Source: Spirochaetia bacterium
Lineage (GTDB): Bacteria; Spirochaetota; Spirochaetia; SZUA-6; Bin103
Reading direction: 5' to 3'
DNA length: 64,000 nt
NCBI GenBank assembly: GCA_965208575.1
Contig: CBDBOV010000005.1
Span: forward strand, 832,001 to 896,000
Positions 19,164 to 29,240 of the stretch are shown in pieces. The position numbers and the translations under genes are program-made. Under the pieces are notes generated by a model. That model ran no database searches. It was not told the DNA's origin and saw only the letters and a list, made by a program, of their open reading frames with translations. How positions within the stretch are numbered: position 1 is the first letter of the stretch; each line of letters starts with the position of its first letter.

Positions 19164-20741
19164 ATGACGATAATTCGGAGGAACAACTTGACGGTGGAAA
19201 ATGACGGCACGTCCAGGCAGATCGAGAGATTGGCGCGCCTGATTCCGAAGGCGAGAGAGCTGCGCGAGCAGTACCAGGAGGATCCGCACCGGCCGGCGTA
19301 CCATTTCGTCGCCCCGGAAGGCATCTGCCACCCGTTCGATCCGCAGGGGTGCATCTACTGGAAGGGCAGGTACCACATGTTCTACGCCTACCAGGTGGAG
19401 GAGGTGGGCGTGTGGGCGCACGCCTCCAGTGCCGACCTGGTGCACTGGATCCATCATCCGATACCGTTGGGGGTGTCGCCGGGAGACCCGGAGGAACAGG
19501 TGTACGCCGGCGGCTCGCTGATCGACAAGGATGGCGTGCCCACCATGATCTACCACGGGGTGAACGCCGGCACCTGCATTGCCACGAGCACCGACGATGG
19601 CTTGATCCATTGGACAAAGCACCCCGCAAATCCGGTCATCCCCAAGCCGAAGGAGGGTGAAGTGGGCCACGGCACGTACCACGTGTGGGACACCTGCGGC
19701 TGGCTGCACGGGGATACCTACTACTCCATCTGCGGGAACCACCCGTTCGAGCCGCCCAAGTCGGACGGCGACGCAGCCTACCTGTTTCGCTCCGACGACC
19801 TGGTCAACTGGGAGTACGTGCACCCATTCTACCGGTCCGACCGGCGCTGGACGGAGGAGTACGAAGACTGCTCCTGCCCCGACTTCTTTCCGATCGGCGA
19901 CAAGTACATGCTCATGTTCATCAGCCATACCCACGGCACCCAGTACTACCTCGGCAGCTACGACGGCGAGCGCTTCGTGCCCGAGCGCCATGCCCGGATG
20001 AGCTGGGCGGGCGGGCCGTTGTTCGCGCAGGAAAGCCTGCTCGATGGCGACGGCAGGCGCATCGTCTGGGCATGGGTGTTCGAGTCCCGGTCGCGGAACG
20101 CGCAACTGGCCTCCGGCTGGGCCGGGGTGATGAGCCTCCCCCGGGTGCTGTCTCTGGGCCGGGATGACACGCTGCTCATCGAACCTGCCGAGGAATTGCA
20201 GATGCTCCGGCGGAATTACCGCCGGCGGGAGGGTCTGGGCCTGGCAGAGGGATTGGAAGTGAGATTGGAGGGGATCGACGGGGACTGCCTGGAGCTCGCC
20301 CTCGACGTGGATGATCCGTCCGGTCGGAAGTTCGGCGTGATGGTGCGTTGTGCTCCGGATGGCGAAGAGCAGACCCGGATTTTGTTCGACGACGAGACAC
20401 GGACCCTGCAGGTGGACACGTCGCGTTCCAGCCTGAGCCCGGAGATCGTGCAGCCGTGGCCGCAGCACGGCACCTCGTTCTCGCCCAATCCGCTGGACGG
20501 GAGGGAAGACGTCCGGATCCAGAAGGCGCCCTTCGAGTTGGCGCCGGGCGAGCCGCTCAGACTGCGGATTTTCCTGGATCGCTCCATCCTGGAGGTGTTC
20601 GCCAACAGCCGGCAATGCGTGACGCAGCGGATCTACCCGACGCGAGGCGACAGCATGGGAGTGCGGCTGTTCAGCGAGAAGGGGCGTGTTTCGGTACGGT
20701 CCATCGAGGCCTGGGACATGGCCGCGGCCAACCCCTGGTAG
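19164..20741 (+). CDS. GH32 family glycoside hydrolase with non-canonical catalytic motifs
   Basis: HRPAYHF, PFDPQG, WAHASSADLVHW, CSCPDFF, GWAGVMSLPR, C-terminal LRIFLDRSILEVF. Confidence 0.85.
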   Translation: MTIIRRNNLTVENDGTSRQIERLARLIPKARELREQYQEDPHRPAYHFVAPEGICHPFDPQGCIYWKGRYHMFYAYQVEEVGVWAHASSADLVHWIHHPIPLGVSPGDPEEQVYAGGSLIDKDGVPTMIYHGVNAGTCIATSTDDGLIHWTKHPANPVIPKPKEGEVGHGTYHVWDTCGWLHGDTYYSICGNHPFEPPKSDGDAAYLFRSDDLVNWEYVHPFYRSDRRWTEEYEDCSCPDFFPIGDKYMLMFISHTHGTQYYLGSYDGERFVPERHARMSWAGGPLFAQESLLDGDGRRIVWAWVFESRSRNAQLASGWAGVMSLPRVLSLGRDDTLLIEPAEELQMLRRNYRRREGLGLAEGLEVRLEGIDGDCLELALDVDDPSGRKFGVMVRCAPDGEEQTRILFDDETRTLQVDTSRSSLSPEIVQPWPQHGTSFSPNPLDGREDVRIQKAPFELAPGEPLRLRIFLDRSILEVFANSRQCVTQRIYPTRGDSMGVRLFSEKGRVSVRSIEAWDMAAANPW

Positions 20742-20765
20742 GCGCGGCATCGGGAGAGCAATGCA

Positions 20766-22280
20766 ATGGAAGCACCCCGGTACTACGATCGGCGAGACAT
20801 GGCGCCGTGTTCGACGCTGCATTTCCGCCCGGAAGGGGCGCTGGTGGGGGATGCGTCGTTCTTCCGGGACGGCGACGAGTGTCACATCTTCTACCTGAGC
20901 AAGCGCAGCGACGATCCGCCGCGGCTGCCGACCTGCCAGCTCGATCACGCGGTCAGCAAGGACCTGCTGCACTGGGAGCGGCTGCCCACGGCGCTGTTTC
21001 CGGGCAAGCCGGGGGAGCCCGACGACGACGGCATCGGCGGCTGCACCATCGTCCATCGGGACGGCAGGTATCACATGTTCTACGCCGGAACCAACCCCCA
21101 GGTCACCTATCACGCGGAGAGCCGTGACCTGATCGAGTGGCGCAAGGATGCCCCGCTGGAACCGGTGATCGTGCCCGATCCGCGCTGGTACATGGCGCAC
21201 GACGCGGCGGTAGAGGATCCGTACAACGAGCGCGGCTGGCGGGATCCGTTTCTGTTTGTCGACGACAAGCGCGGGCGCTACGTGATGACGGTGACGGCAC
21301 GGCGCAACCGGGGACCGTGGCGGGAGCGGGGCTGCGTTGCCTGGGTGGTCAGCGCGGACCTCACCGGCTGGGAGGTGCAGCCGCCTCTCTACGCTCCTTC
21401 GCTGGGGATGAACCTGGAGGTTACCGAGCTGTTCGAGATGGATGGCCGCTACTACCTGATTTTCTGTCATGGCGAGACCAACACGACGCGCTACCGGGTG
21501 GCGGATCGCGTGGAGGGTCCGTACCGGTGTCCGGTGGATGACGTGCTGCTGCCGAATTACATGTACGCGCCGCGGACGATTGAACGGCACGGGAAGCGCT
21601 ACCTGATCCCCTGGGTGGCGGACCGCCTGAACGGCAGCGACGACAACCGGTCGGAGTTCGGCGCCGAAGGCGTTACCTGGGGCGGCGCGCTGGGAACCCC
21701 GCAGGAGATGCGCTGCCTCCCGGACGGCAGGCTTGCGCTGTTCTACCCGGACATCGTGGCAGGACTGTCAGGTGCGCAGACGGTAGGTGCAGGCAGCCTC
21801 GACCATCTGCAGGCCGAGCGGGGCGAGTGGCAGCGGCATGGAGAGACCGTACTGGCGTCGTGCGAGGAGGGAATGGCGCGCGGACTGGTGGCCGCGCGCG
21901 GACAGGACTTCCTGCTCTCGTGCGGTATCAAGGTGAGCCGCGGCGTGGCCGCGGGACTGATCCTGCGCGCCGGTGAAGGGGGAGAGGCCGGCTACTACCT
22001 GCGCCTGGAACCGGCACTGAAGAACGTCTCCTTGTGGAGGTATCCGCGGCCCTGGTTCTTTTCCCGGCCACTGGCGTTCCGGGTAGTGCCCGATCTGGAC
22101 TACGGGCAAACGAGAGAGGTGAAGGTAATCCTGCACCGGCACGTGCTCGACGTATACCTGGATGACCGCCACGTCCTGAGCCGCGCCGTGTACGATTACC
22201 GGGATGGGCAATTCGGATTGTTCGTGGAAGACGCCGCGGCAGAGTTCGGACCTCTTGCTGCGAATACACTCAAGGAGTGA
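20766..22280 (+). CDS. GH32-like five-bladed beta-propeller hydrolase
   Basis: VGD, HAVSKDLLHWE, WRDPF, LEV motifs; C-terminal beta-sandwich. Confidence 0.75.
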   Translation: MEAPRYYDRRDMAPCSTLHFRPEGALVGDASFFRDGDECHIFYLSKRSDDPPRLPTCQLDHAVSKDLLHWERLPTALFPGKPGEPDDDGIGGCTIVHRDGRYHMFYAGTNPQVTYHAESRDLIEWRKDAPLEPVIVPDPRWYMAHDAAVEDPYNERGWRDPFLFVDDKRGRYVMTVTARRNRGPWRERGCVAWVVSADLTGWEVQPPLYAPSLGMNLEVTELFEMDGRYYLIFCHGETNTTRYRVADRVEGPYRCPVDDVLLPNYMYAPRTIERHGKRYLIPWVADRLNGSDDNRSEFGAEGVTWGGALGTPQEMRCLPDGRLALFYPDIVAGLSGAQTVGAGSLDHLQAERGEWQRHGETVLASCEEGMARGLVAARGQDFLLSCGIKVSRGVAAGLILRAGEGGEAGYYLRLEPALKNVSLWRYPRPWFFSRPLAFRVVPDLDYGQTREVKVILHRHVLDVYLDDRHVLSRAVYDYRDGQFGLFVEDAAAEFGPLAANTLKE

Positions 22281-22382
22281 TGAACTTGGGTAAGGCGCAC
22301 CAGGGAACGGGTAGTGCGTCAGTTTACTTCGGGGAGATGGTTGACTACCTTCGGGCGTCGTCTGAACTCTGCCATGCCCCTG

Positions 22383-22589
22383 TTATCCGGTCGCTTCGCT
22401 GGGGTGGTCGATCACGTCCCCGCCCAACTCGCGCACAGCCTGCGCCACGTCCTGCACGTGGTCGCTAAGCGCATCCAGCTTTGCCCCGTGGTCGGCCAGA
22501 ATCGTGCCGTGGTCGGCCTGCGTCGCCTCCACGCGCACCAGTCGGTCCCGTAGCTCAAGCAGCAATTGGTCCCGCTCCGCGTCCGTCAT
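22383..22589 (-). CDS. Small coiled-coil hypothetical protein (68 aa)
   Basis: MTDAERDQLLLELRDRL...ADHGTIL ADHGAKL heptads; TTGCAA-18-TACATT promoter 6 nt before ATG. Confidence 0.55.
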   Translation of the reverse strand: MTDAERDQLLLELRDRLVRVEATQADHGTILADHGAKLDALSDHVQDVAQAVRELGGDVIDHPSEATG

Positions 22590-22872
22590 GCACCGAATGT
22601 ACCACTCCCTCACCAGCCGTTGCAATATCTTAGCCATTGCCCGACACTGCCTCCCACACAGCGATGGCCACTGACCCGAATGCCGGGTCGCGTGGTCGAA
22701 TAGAACAGCCCAACGGCGAGGCAGGGGTAGCTCCTTCGGCTCCGGGTGAATAGTCAGGGTCCGTTACACGCACGAGTGCGTCAGTGGTCTGTCGCCGTGT
22801 AACCTCCGGATGTCTCGGGTTGCGCCTTGAAGGGCGGGCAGAGCTGTACTACCAGGGAACGGGGGAACAGGA

Positions 22873-23616
22873 ATGGCAAGCGGTGACAGGGCTGCGCTGA
22901 TAACGGGGTCGGGCCGCAACATGGGGCGCGCGTGTGCTAAGGAGCTGGCGTCGATGGGATTCAACATCGTGGTCAACGGTTCTCGCAACAGGGACGACTG
23001 CGAGCGGGTCGCGGACGAGGTGCGGGCGATCGGCACCGACGCGCTGATCGTCATGACGGATGTCGGCGACCGGGCGGCGGTCAACGACATGGCCGACCGG
23101 GCGCTGCAGGCGTTCGGGCGCATCGACGCGCTGTACAACAACGCGGCGATCCGGCCGGGCTCCACCTTCCTCGACATGAGCGACGACGACCTGGCGCGGG
23201 TCATGAACGTGAACTTCCACGCCGCCGTCTGGCTCGCGCGCGCGTTTCTGCCCGGCATGGTCGAGAACAAGTGGGGCCGCATCGTCAACAATGCCGGCAC
23301 CAACTCGCTGCTCGGCACCGCCGGTCGGCCGCACGTTGCCATGGCCAAGCATGCCGCCTGGGGGCTGACCAAGGCCCTGTCGCGCGAGTTCGGGCCGCTG
23401 GGCGTGACCGCGAACATGATCTCTCCCGGCACCTTCCCCGACGAGGACGAGGATGCCGCGGGCTCCGAACGCTACCAGGCCCTGCTGCGGCAGATTCCGG
23501 TCGGCCGCCTCGGTGTGCCCGAGGACATCGCCGCCGTGGTCGGCTTGCTGTGCTCCGACCGGGGCGGCTTCATCAACGGCCAGTTGATCGCCGTGAACGG
23601 CGGCGTGGTCGGCTGA
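22873..23616 (+). CDS. SDR family oxidoreductase
   Basis: ITGSGRNMG, NNAA, NMISPG, GRLG.PEDIA, FINGQ.I.VNGG; catalytic YxxxK appears as V.MAK. Confidence 0.88.
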   Translation: MASGDRAALITGSGRNMGRACAKELASMGFNIVVNGSRNRDDCERVADEVRAIGTDALIVMTDVGDRAAVNDMADRALQAFGRIDALYNNAAIRPGSTFLDMSDDDLARVMNVNFHAAVWLARAFLPGMVENKWGRIVNNAGTNSLLGTAGRPHVAMAKHAAWGLTKALSREFGPLGVTANMISPGTFPDEDEDAAGSERYQALLRQIPVGRLGVPEDIAAVVGLLCSDRGGFINGQLIAVNGGVVG

Positions 23617-23722
23617 CCGCTCACGCGCTTGACGGTTGGCGGGCGTGTGATAAGGTGACTTCTTCCAACGAGCACGGGCAGCGGGATCCAGTCCCGAACC
23701 CGAGAACAAGGAGGAGTACGTT

Positions 23723-25531
23723 ATGACTCCGAGACTCATGTTGCTGACGCTGGCGTTCGCGCTGGCGGCTACCGTTGCGTTCGCCGCCGCCGACAGCGAG
23801 GAGGCGGCCGCTACCGAGAAGGAGATGGTGCTCGACCCCACCACCGGGGAGATGATCACCGCGCCCGAGTATGGCGGCACCATCACCTACGGGCGCACCG
23901 GCACCGGCGAGCACTGCGATGCCTGGGCCAACAGCGGCTGGTCGCATCACTTCGTCGGCGTGGTCACCGAGCAGCTCACCATCGCGGACTGGGGGATCGA
24001 CCGCAGCGTGAACGACCTGCGGCTCTTTTCCTATCCGTTATCCGTCATGAAGGGGCAGTTGGCCGAGCGTTGGGAAGCGCCGGATGCGACCACCTTCATC
24101 TTTCACATCCGCTCCGGCGTTCACTGGCACGACAAGGCGCCGATGAACGGTCGCGAACTGACCGCCGGCGACGTCGAGTTCAACTATCACCGCATCCTGG
24201 GGCTCGGCAGTGGCTTCACCGAAGCCTCGCCGCACGCCGGCCAATACCCCAAGATGGAATCGGTGACGGCCACCGACGCATCGACGGTGGTGTTCAAGCT
24301 GGCGGAGCCGGACCACGTCTCGCCCCTGAAGCCGGTTCCGCAATACGGCGGCGGATTCGGGCTGTTCAACATGTGGATTGCCTGGATCTACCCGCCGGAG
24401 GTGATCCAGGAGCACGGCGACATCCAGGACTGCACGAACCTGGTCGGCACCGGGCCGATGGAACTGACCGACCTGGTGGAAGGCAGCTCCGTGACCTGGA
24501 CCAGGAACCCCAACTACTGGGGGTTCGACGAGAAGTTCCCGGACAACCGCCTGCCCTACGCCGACGAGATCGTCACCCTGATCATGCCGGATCCGGCGGC
24601 GCGAATCGCGGCCCTGCGCTCGGGGCAAGTCGACATGTTGTGCAACTGCGGCGACAGCCAGTTGCGGTCGATCGACCAGGTCGACAGCCTGCAGAAGACC
24701 GATCCCCACATCCGGATGTGGGAGCGCCCCGGTCGATCCGACAACGCATTCCGGTTCATTACCGTGGGCCGGCCGCCGTTCAACGACATCCGGGTGCGCC
24801 AGGCCCTGCAGATGGCGATAGATCGGGAGACGATCGCCAACACCTACTTCAAGGGGTTTGCGGACCCCACGCCGCACGGACTTTTGCACAACGACGGCCC
24901 CTACGGGACGCCGTTCGACGAGTGGCCGGAGGAGATCGCGCAGTACTACCGCTACGATCCGGAGCGCGCCCGGCAGCTCCTGGCCGAGGCGGGCTATCCC
25001 GACGGTTTCAAGACCGAACTGAAGTACTTCGAACGCTATGACGCGAACTACGCGGAGCTGGTCATCGGCTACTGGGCTGAGATCGGCGTCGACGTCGAGA
25101 TGAGCATCCATGGCGCCGCGGAGGTTCTGGCGATCGCCCGCGAGCACACCTCGGACGGAATTGCACACGGCGAAAACTCCAACCCGACCTCGGATGTTTC
25201 AAACCTGGAGTCGTTCTACCGCTCCAATTCCCCCTACGGCTTGAACAACGATGGATTGGGCGTCAACGATCCGCACATGGACGAGCTGATCGACGCCGCC
25301 AAGGCGGCTAACACGATGGAGGACATCGTTCGGCTCACCAAGGAGGCGAATCTGTACGCGCTGGGCCAGCACTGGCACATCGACGGTCCCGGTCCGGTCC
25401 CGCAGTTCAACGTCGCCCAGCCATGGATCAAGAGCTACAACGGCGAGGTGTCGATCGGCGTTGGGCAATTCACCACGATCCTGACCCGTCTGTGGATCGA
25501 CCAGGATCTGAAGCGGGAGATGGGTTTCTGA
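23723..25531 (+). CDS. ABC transporter family-5 substrate-binding protein
   Basis: Signal peptide, KEMVLDPTTG..APEYGGT, GVHWHDKAPMNGRELTA, PFNDIRVRQALQMAID; upstream TTGACG-17-TAAGGT and AGGAGG. Confidence 0.93.
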   Translation: MTPRLMLLTLAFALAATVAFAAADSEEAAATEKEMVLDPTTGEMITAPEYGGTITYGRTGTGEHCDAWANSGWSHHFVGVVTEQLTIADWGIDRSVNDLRLFSYPLSVMKGQLAERWEAPDATTFIFHIRSGVHWHDKAPMNGRELTAGDVEFNYHRILGLGSGFTEASPHAGQYPKMESVTATDASTVVFKLAEPDHVSPLKPVPQYGGGFGLFNMWIAWIYPPEVIQEHGDIQDCTNLVGTGPMELTDLVEGSSVTWTRNPNYWGFDEKFPDNRLPYADEIVTLIMPDPAARIAALRSGQVDMLCNCGDSQLRSIDQVDSLQKTDPHIRMWERPGRSDNAFRFITVGRPPFNDIRVRQALQMAIDRETIANTYFKGFADPTPHGLLHNDGPYGTPFDEWPEEIAQYYRYDPERARQLLAEAGYPDGFKTELKYFERYDANYAELVIGYWAEIGVDVEMSIHGAAEVLAIAREHTSDGIAHGENSNPTSDVSNLESFYRSNSPYGLNNDGLGVNDPHMDELIDAAKAANTMEDIVRLTKEANLYALGQHWHIDGPGPVPQFNVAQPWIKSYNGEVSIGVGQFTTILTRLWIDQDLKREMGF

Positions 25532-25567
25532 CGCTGACGTAGCAGCTTCACTGTTGGCACTTGACCA

Positions 25568-25599
25568 AGTGGGATGGCGGTGCATGCCGCCGTCCCACT
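25568..25599 (+). other. Intercistronic stem-loop
   Basis: AGTGGGATGGCGG-TGCATG-CCGCCGTCCCACT. Confidence 0.65.
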
Positions 25600-25615
25600 G
25601 TTGAGCGTTCCTGCA

Positions 25616-26581
25616 ATGCGAACGTACATCATCCGCCGCGTCCTGCTGCTGATCCCGACGTTCCTGCTGCTGACGGTCCTGGTGTTTCTCTCGGTGCGCT
25701 TCCTGCCCGGCGATGTCGTCGACGCCATGATGGCGCGGGTGGCGCAGGACCAGGGCGGGACGGCGCACTTCGACCGCGAGGCCGTCGAGCGCATGCTCGG
25801 GCTGGACGTGCCGGCGCCGGTGCAGTACGTGCGCTGGCTGGGCGGCATCGTCCTGCGCGGCACGCTGGGCGACTCGCTGTTCGGCGGCGCCACCGTCGAG
25901 GCGAAGATCATCGGCCGGCTGGCGATTACCGTCGAGCTGGGTGTGCTGTCTATCCTCATCGGGCTGGTGATCGCCGTGCCGGTGGGCATCTACTCGGCGG
26001 TGCGGCAGGACACGGCGGCCGACTACGCCGGCCGCTCCATCGCCATCATCGGCCTGGCGACGCCCAACTTCTGGCTCGCCACCCTGGTGCTGACCTTCCC
26101 CGCCATCTGGTGGGCGTGGGCGCCGCCGCTGCGCATGGTGGCGTTCGCCGACGACCCGCTGCGCAACCTCGGCCACATGCTTGCTCCGAGCCTGATTCTG
26201 GGCACCTTCCTGTCGGCCACCGTGATGCGCATGACGCGCACCATGATGCTGGAGGTGCTGCGCCAGGACTTCATCCGCACCGCCTGGGCGAAGGGACTGC
26301 GGGAGCGTTTGATCATCCTGCGCCACGTGATCAAGAACGCGCTGATCCCGGTGGCGACGCTGATCGGCCTGCAGCTCCCGATCCTGGTCGGCGGCTCGGT
26401 GATCATGGAGAACATGTTCGCGCTGCCGGGGCTGGGGCGGCTGATGCTGGAGGCGCTGAGTGTGCGCGACTACCCGCTGGTGTCGGGCATCAACCTGTTC
26501 TTCGCCACGGCGGTGATGACGATCAACCTGTTGATTGACATCCTGTACGGCTACCTGGACCCGCGGGTGCAGTACCGGTGA
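25616..26581 (+). CDS. DppB-type ABC permease
   Basis: MRTYIIRR start, MLEVLRQDFIRTAWAKGL, YLDPRVQY. Confidence 0.93.
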   Translation: MRTYIIRRVLLLIPTFLLLTVLVFLSVRFLPGDVVDAMMARVAQDQGGTAHFDREAVERMLGLDVPAPVQYVRWLGGIVLRGTLGDSLFGGATVEAKIIGRLAITVELGVLSILIGLVIAVPVGIYSAVRQDTAADYAGRSIAIIGLATPNFWLATLVLTFPAIWWAWAPPLRMVAFADDPLRNLGHMLAPSLILGTFLSATVMRMTRTMMLEVLRQDFIRTAWAKGLRERLIILRHVIKNALIPVATLIGLQLPILVGGSVIMENMFALPGLGRLMLEALSVRDYPLVSGINLFFATAVMTINLLIDILYGYLDPRVQYR

Positions 26582-27540
26582 GCGTGCAGCCCAAGCCGCG
26601 GGCTTTTCTGCTCGACCTGCTGCGGCGGCTGGTGGGGGAGCGGCCGCTGGGAGCGGCGAGCGCGGCGGTGATCCTGCTGCTGGCGGTGGTCGCCATCCTG
26701 GCCGACGTCCTGGCGCCCTTTCCGTTCGCCGAGATGCACCTGGTCGACCGGCTGGGCGACCCTTCGGCCACCTACCTGCTGGGCACCGACCAGCTCGGCC
26801 GCGACGTGTTGAGCCGGCTGGTGTACGGCGCCCGCACCTCGCTCGGGGTGGGCTTCGCCGCTACCGTGCTGAGCACGCTGGCGGCGCTGCTGGTGGGCGG
26901 CGTGGCCGGCTTCGTGGGCGGCAAGCTGGACATCCTGGTGCAGCGCTTCGTGGACGCGTGGATGTCGTTCCCCGGCCTGCTACTGCTATTGACGATCATT
27001 ACCATCGTCGGCCAGGGCATCCTGCAGATCATCGTGGTGCTCGGGGTTACCTCCGGCATCGGCAACTCGCGGGTGATCCGCAGCGCCGTGATCGGCATCA
27101 AGGAGAACGCCTACTTCGAGAGCGCGCGCGCCATCGGCGGCAGCGTGTGGCACACGCTGCGGCGGCACGTGTGGCCCAACATCACGGCGCCGGTGATCGT
27201 GGTGTTCTCGATCACCATTGGCGGCATCATCATCGCGGAGGCCAGCCTGAGCTTCCTGGGGTTCGGGCTGCCGACCACGGTGCCGAGCTGGGGCGGCATG
27301 CTGAGCCGGGAGGGGCGCCAGTTCATGGAGATGGCGCCGCGGCTGGCGATGTGGCCGGGGGTGGCGCTGACGCTGGTGGTATACTGCCTGAACATGTTCG
27401 GCGACGCGGTGCGCGACCTGCTCGACCCGCGGCTGCGCGGCAGCGGCTCCGGCGCCGCCGGCCTCGGCACCGGCGGCATGAGCGCCCGCGCCATCGAAGG
27501 CGCCCGCCGCGCCCTGCAAAAGGCCAACCGCTCCACCTGA
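26578..27540 (+). CDS. DppC-type ABC permease
   Basis: LGTDQLGRD, AEASLSFLGFG, GDAVRDLLDPRLRG. Confidence 0.93.
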   Translation: MSVQPKPRAFLLDLLRRLVGERPLGAASAAVILLLAVVAILADVLAPFPFAEMHLVDRLGDPSATYLLGTDQLGRDVLSRLVYGARTSLGVGFAATVLSTLAALLVGGVAGFVGGKLDILVQRFVDAWMSFPGLLLLLTIITIVGQGILQIIVVLGVTSGIGNSRVIRSAVIGIKENAYFESARAIGGSVWHTLRRHVWPNITAPVIVVFSITIGGIIIAEASLSFLGFGLPTTVPSWGGMLSREGRQFMEMAPRLAMWPGVALTLVVYCLNMFGDAVRDLLDPRLRGSGSGAAGLGTGGMSARAIEGARRALQKANRST

Positions 27541-27597
27541 CACGCCGCCACGGTCATTCCGGCCCCGACCGGAACGGCAGGCGGTCAACCGACCGGC

Positions 27598-27857
27598 TCA
27601 CCGGCGGTCGTACGCCGAACGCCGGTGGGCAACACGCACAACCAGCACGATCAGCGCCGTGTGCTGCACCTCGTACACCACGCGATATTGTCCCACGCGC
27701 AGGCGGCGCAGACCGCGCAGATCGCCCTTCAGGACATCTCCTGCAGCGGGTTTTCGCGCAGGCCGTCGACGGCATGAATGATGCGCAGGCGCTCGGGCTT
27801 TGGCACACGGCGCACCTCCCTCTCAGCTTGGCGCTTGATCCGAATCGAGTAGCTCAC
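27598..27857 (-). pseudogene. RelE/StbE family toxin with a 1-nt frameshift (absent from the ORF track)
   Basis: GTG-SYSIRIKRQAEREVRRVPKPERLRIIHAVDGLRENPL, shift at CTGCAGGAGAT, then GDVLKGDLRGLRRLRVGQYRVVYEV...VRVAHRRSAY-DRR-stop; 260 nt, one short of a multiple of 3. Confidence 0.85.
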
Positions 27858-28056
27858 GCTTGACCTGATCCCAGTCCAAAACCTCGTCGGTCGGATCCTG
27901 CAATCTTGTCAGAGCAACGCCCAGATCGTCGAAATCCTCGAGATAGCGCTCCACGGCCTGGCGGACGACCTCGGCACGACTACGGTTCAGGATGCGCGCT
28001 GCCGAGTCGAGCGCTTCGACGACGGGGTCGGGCATTCGAGCAGTTACCTGGGCCAT
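27823..28056 (-). CDS. CopG/RHH antitoxin
   Basis: MAQVTARMPD..EALD..A..LNRSRAEVVRQAVERYLEDFDD; overlaps the relE start. Confidence 0.85.
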   Translation of the reverse strand: MAQVTARMPDPVVEALDSAARILNRSRAEVVRQAVERYLEDFDDLGVALTRLQDPTDEVLDWDQVKRELLDSDQAPS

Positions 28057-28172
28057 GCAGATTCCTCCGAGTAAAGTCGTTGGGATCAGAGTGATGTCGA
28101 TGCCATTATCCTCTCCGGCACCGGCTGTCGATGCGCGAAGGCGGGATGGAGCACTTCGACCGCGCGGCGGGG

Positions 28173-29240
28173 TCAGACGCCCGGGTCGCGCGAGTTCCGG
28201 AGCGCGGTAAGGAACTCCGCCTCATCGGCACAGCCCAGCGCCGCCGCCAGCAGCGCCTCCTCGGTCGCCGCGGCAATCGCTCCCGTAGCGGCGGAGAACC
28301 TCGCCGACAATTCGATGCCCCGTGACCGCAGGATCTGACGGACCATCAGCGCGCGACCCTCCGCGCGACCCTCCGCGCGACCTTCCGCGCGACCCTCAGC
28401 ACGGCCTTCCGCGCGACCTTCTTCGTGGCCTGCCGCACGCCCCGCCTCGTGGCCATGCTCGAAACCCTGGCGCCGTTGCGAGCGCAGCAGCGGGTCATCG
28501 TCCGGGCCGGTGCCTTCGCGCTCACCGAGCACCGTTGCAACCCGTTCCACCGCCGCGCTCGTCTGCGCCGACGGCACCGGCTCGTTCAGCGCCAGGTGAA
28601 TCTCCTCGGCCCGCCAGCCGGGAAACGCCCGGCTATCGGACGCGATCTGGAACCGGCCACGCTCCAGCAGGTGAATGGTCAGTCCCGGGCGGCGCCGGTG
28701 CGGGCGGCTCGGCGACGGCGTGTCCGGCACCTCCACCCACACCTCCGGGAAGCCCCACGATTCGTACAGCGCGAGCTTGCCGCGGTGCACGTCGGTGGTG
28801 TGATCCACCTCCAGCACCACGTCGGGAAAGTCGTCCTCGCCCACCACCATGGCGGCTCCCGGCAGCTTGGCGCGCGCCGGATGCAGGTACACCGACTCGT
28901 CGGCCTGCATGATGCGCCGCGGTTCGCCGCCGGGGTCGCGCAGCAGCAGGTCCATCGAGCCGTACGATTCGATCGGCGACCCGCGCACCCGGCCGACCAT
29001 CTCGGCCAGGCGCGTCACCAGGCGCGACCGGCGCTCGTGATAGGAAGTGGTGGGCTCGCTGATCCAGGCGGTCTCGGAGGCCGCGTCCCAATACTCGAGC
29101 CGCCCCTCGAAGCGTTCGATCTCGGTGCGCGGCAGGTGGACCGGCTTGCAGCCCGGAAACTCCGGCGACTGGACGGGCTCGGCGGGCCGGGGTTGCGCTG
29201 CCTGGTAGCGCCCGGTGGGCGGTGCTTTGGTGCTGGACAT
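28173..29240 (-). CDS. Uma2-family PD-(D/E)XK nuclease with RAEG repeat linker and C-terminal helical tail, copy 1
   Basis: MQADESVYL, PDVVLEVDHT, KLALYESWGFPEVW; start MSSTKAPP at 29240. Confidence 0.85.
   Translation of the reverse strand: MSSTKAPPTGRYQAAQPRPAEPVQSPEFPGCKPVHLPRTEIERFEGRLEYWDAASETAWISEPTTSYHERRSRLVTRLAEMVGRVRGSPIESYGSMDLLLRDPGGEPRRIMQADESVYLHPARAKLPGAAMVVGEDDFPDVVLEVDHTTDVHRGKLALYESWGFPEVWVEVPDTPSPSRPHRRRPGLTIHLLERGRFQIASDSRAFPGWRAEEIHLALNEPVPSAQTSAAVERVATVLGEREGTGPDDDPLLRSQRRQGFEHGHEAGRAAGHEEGRAEGRAEGRAEGRAEGRAEGRALMVRQILRSRGIELSARFSAATGAIAAATEEALLAAALGCADEAEFLTALRNSRDPGV
28352..28445 (-). repeat. 12-bp coding tandem repeat (RAEG-type)
   Basis: Imperfect CGCGACCCTCCG units encoding GHEAGRAAGHEEGRAEGRAEGRAEGRAEGRAEGRA. 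Confidence 0.85.

Noticed and set aside
28352-28445. 12-bp tandem repeats as CRISPR or a DGR variable region
   Set aside because: In-frame coding repeats without spacers; no reverse transcriptase or adenine-specific template/variable pair seen.
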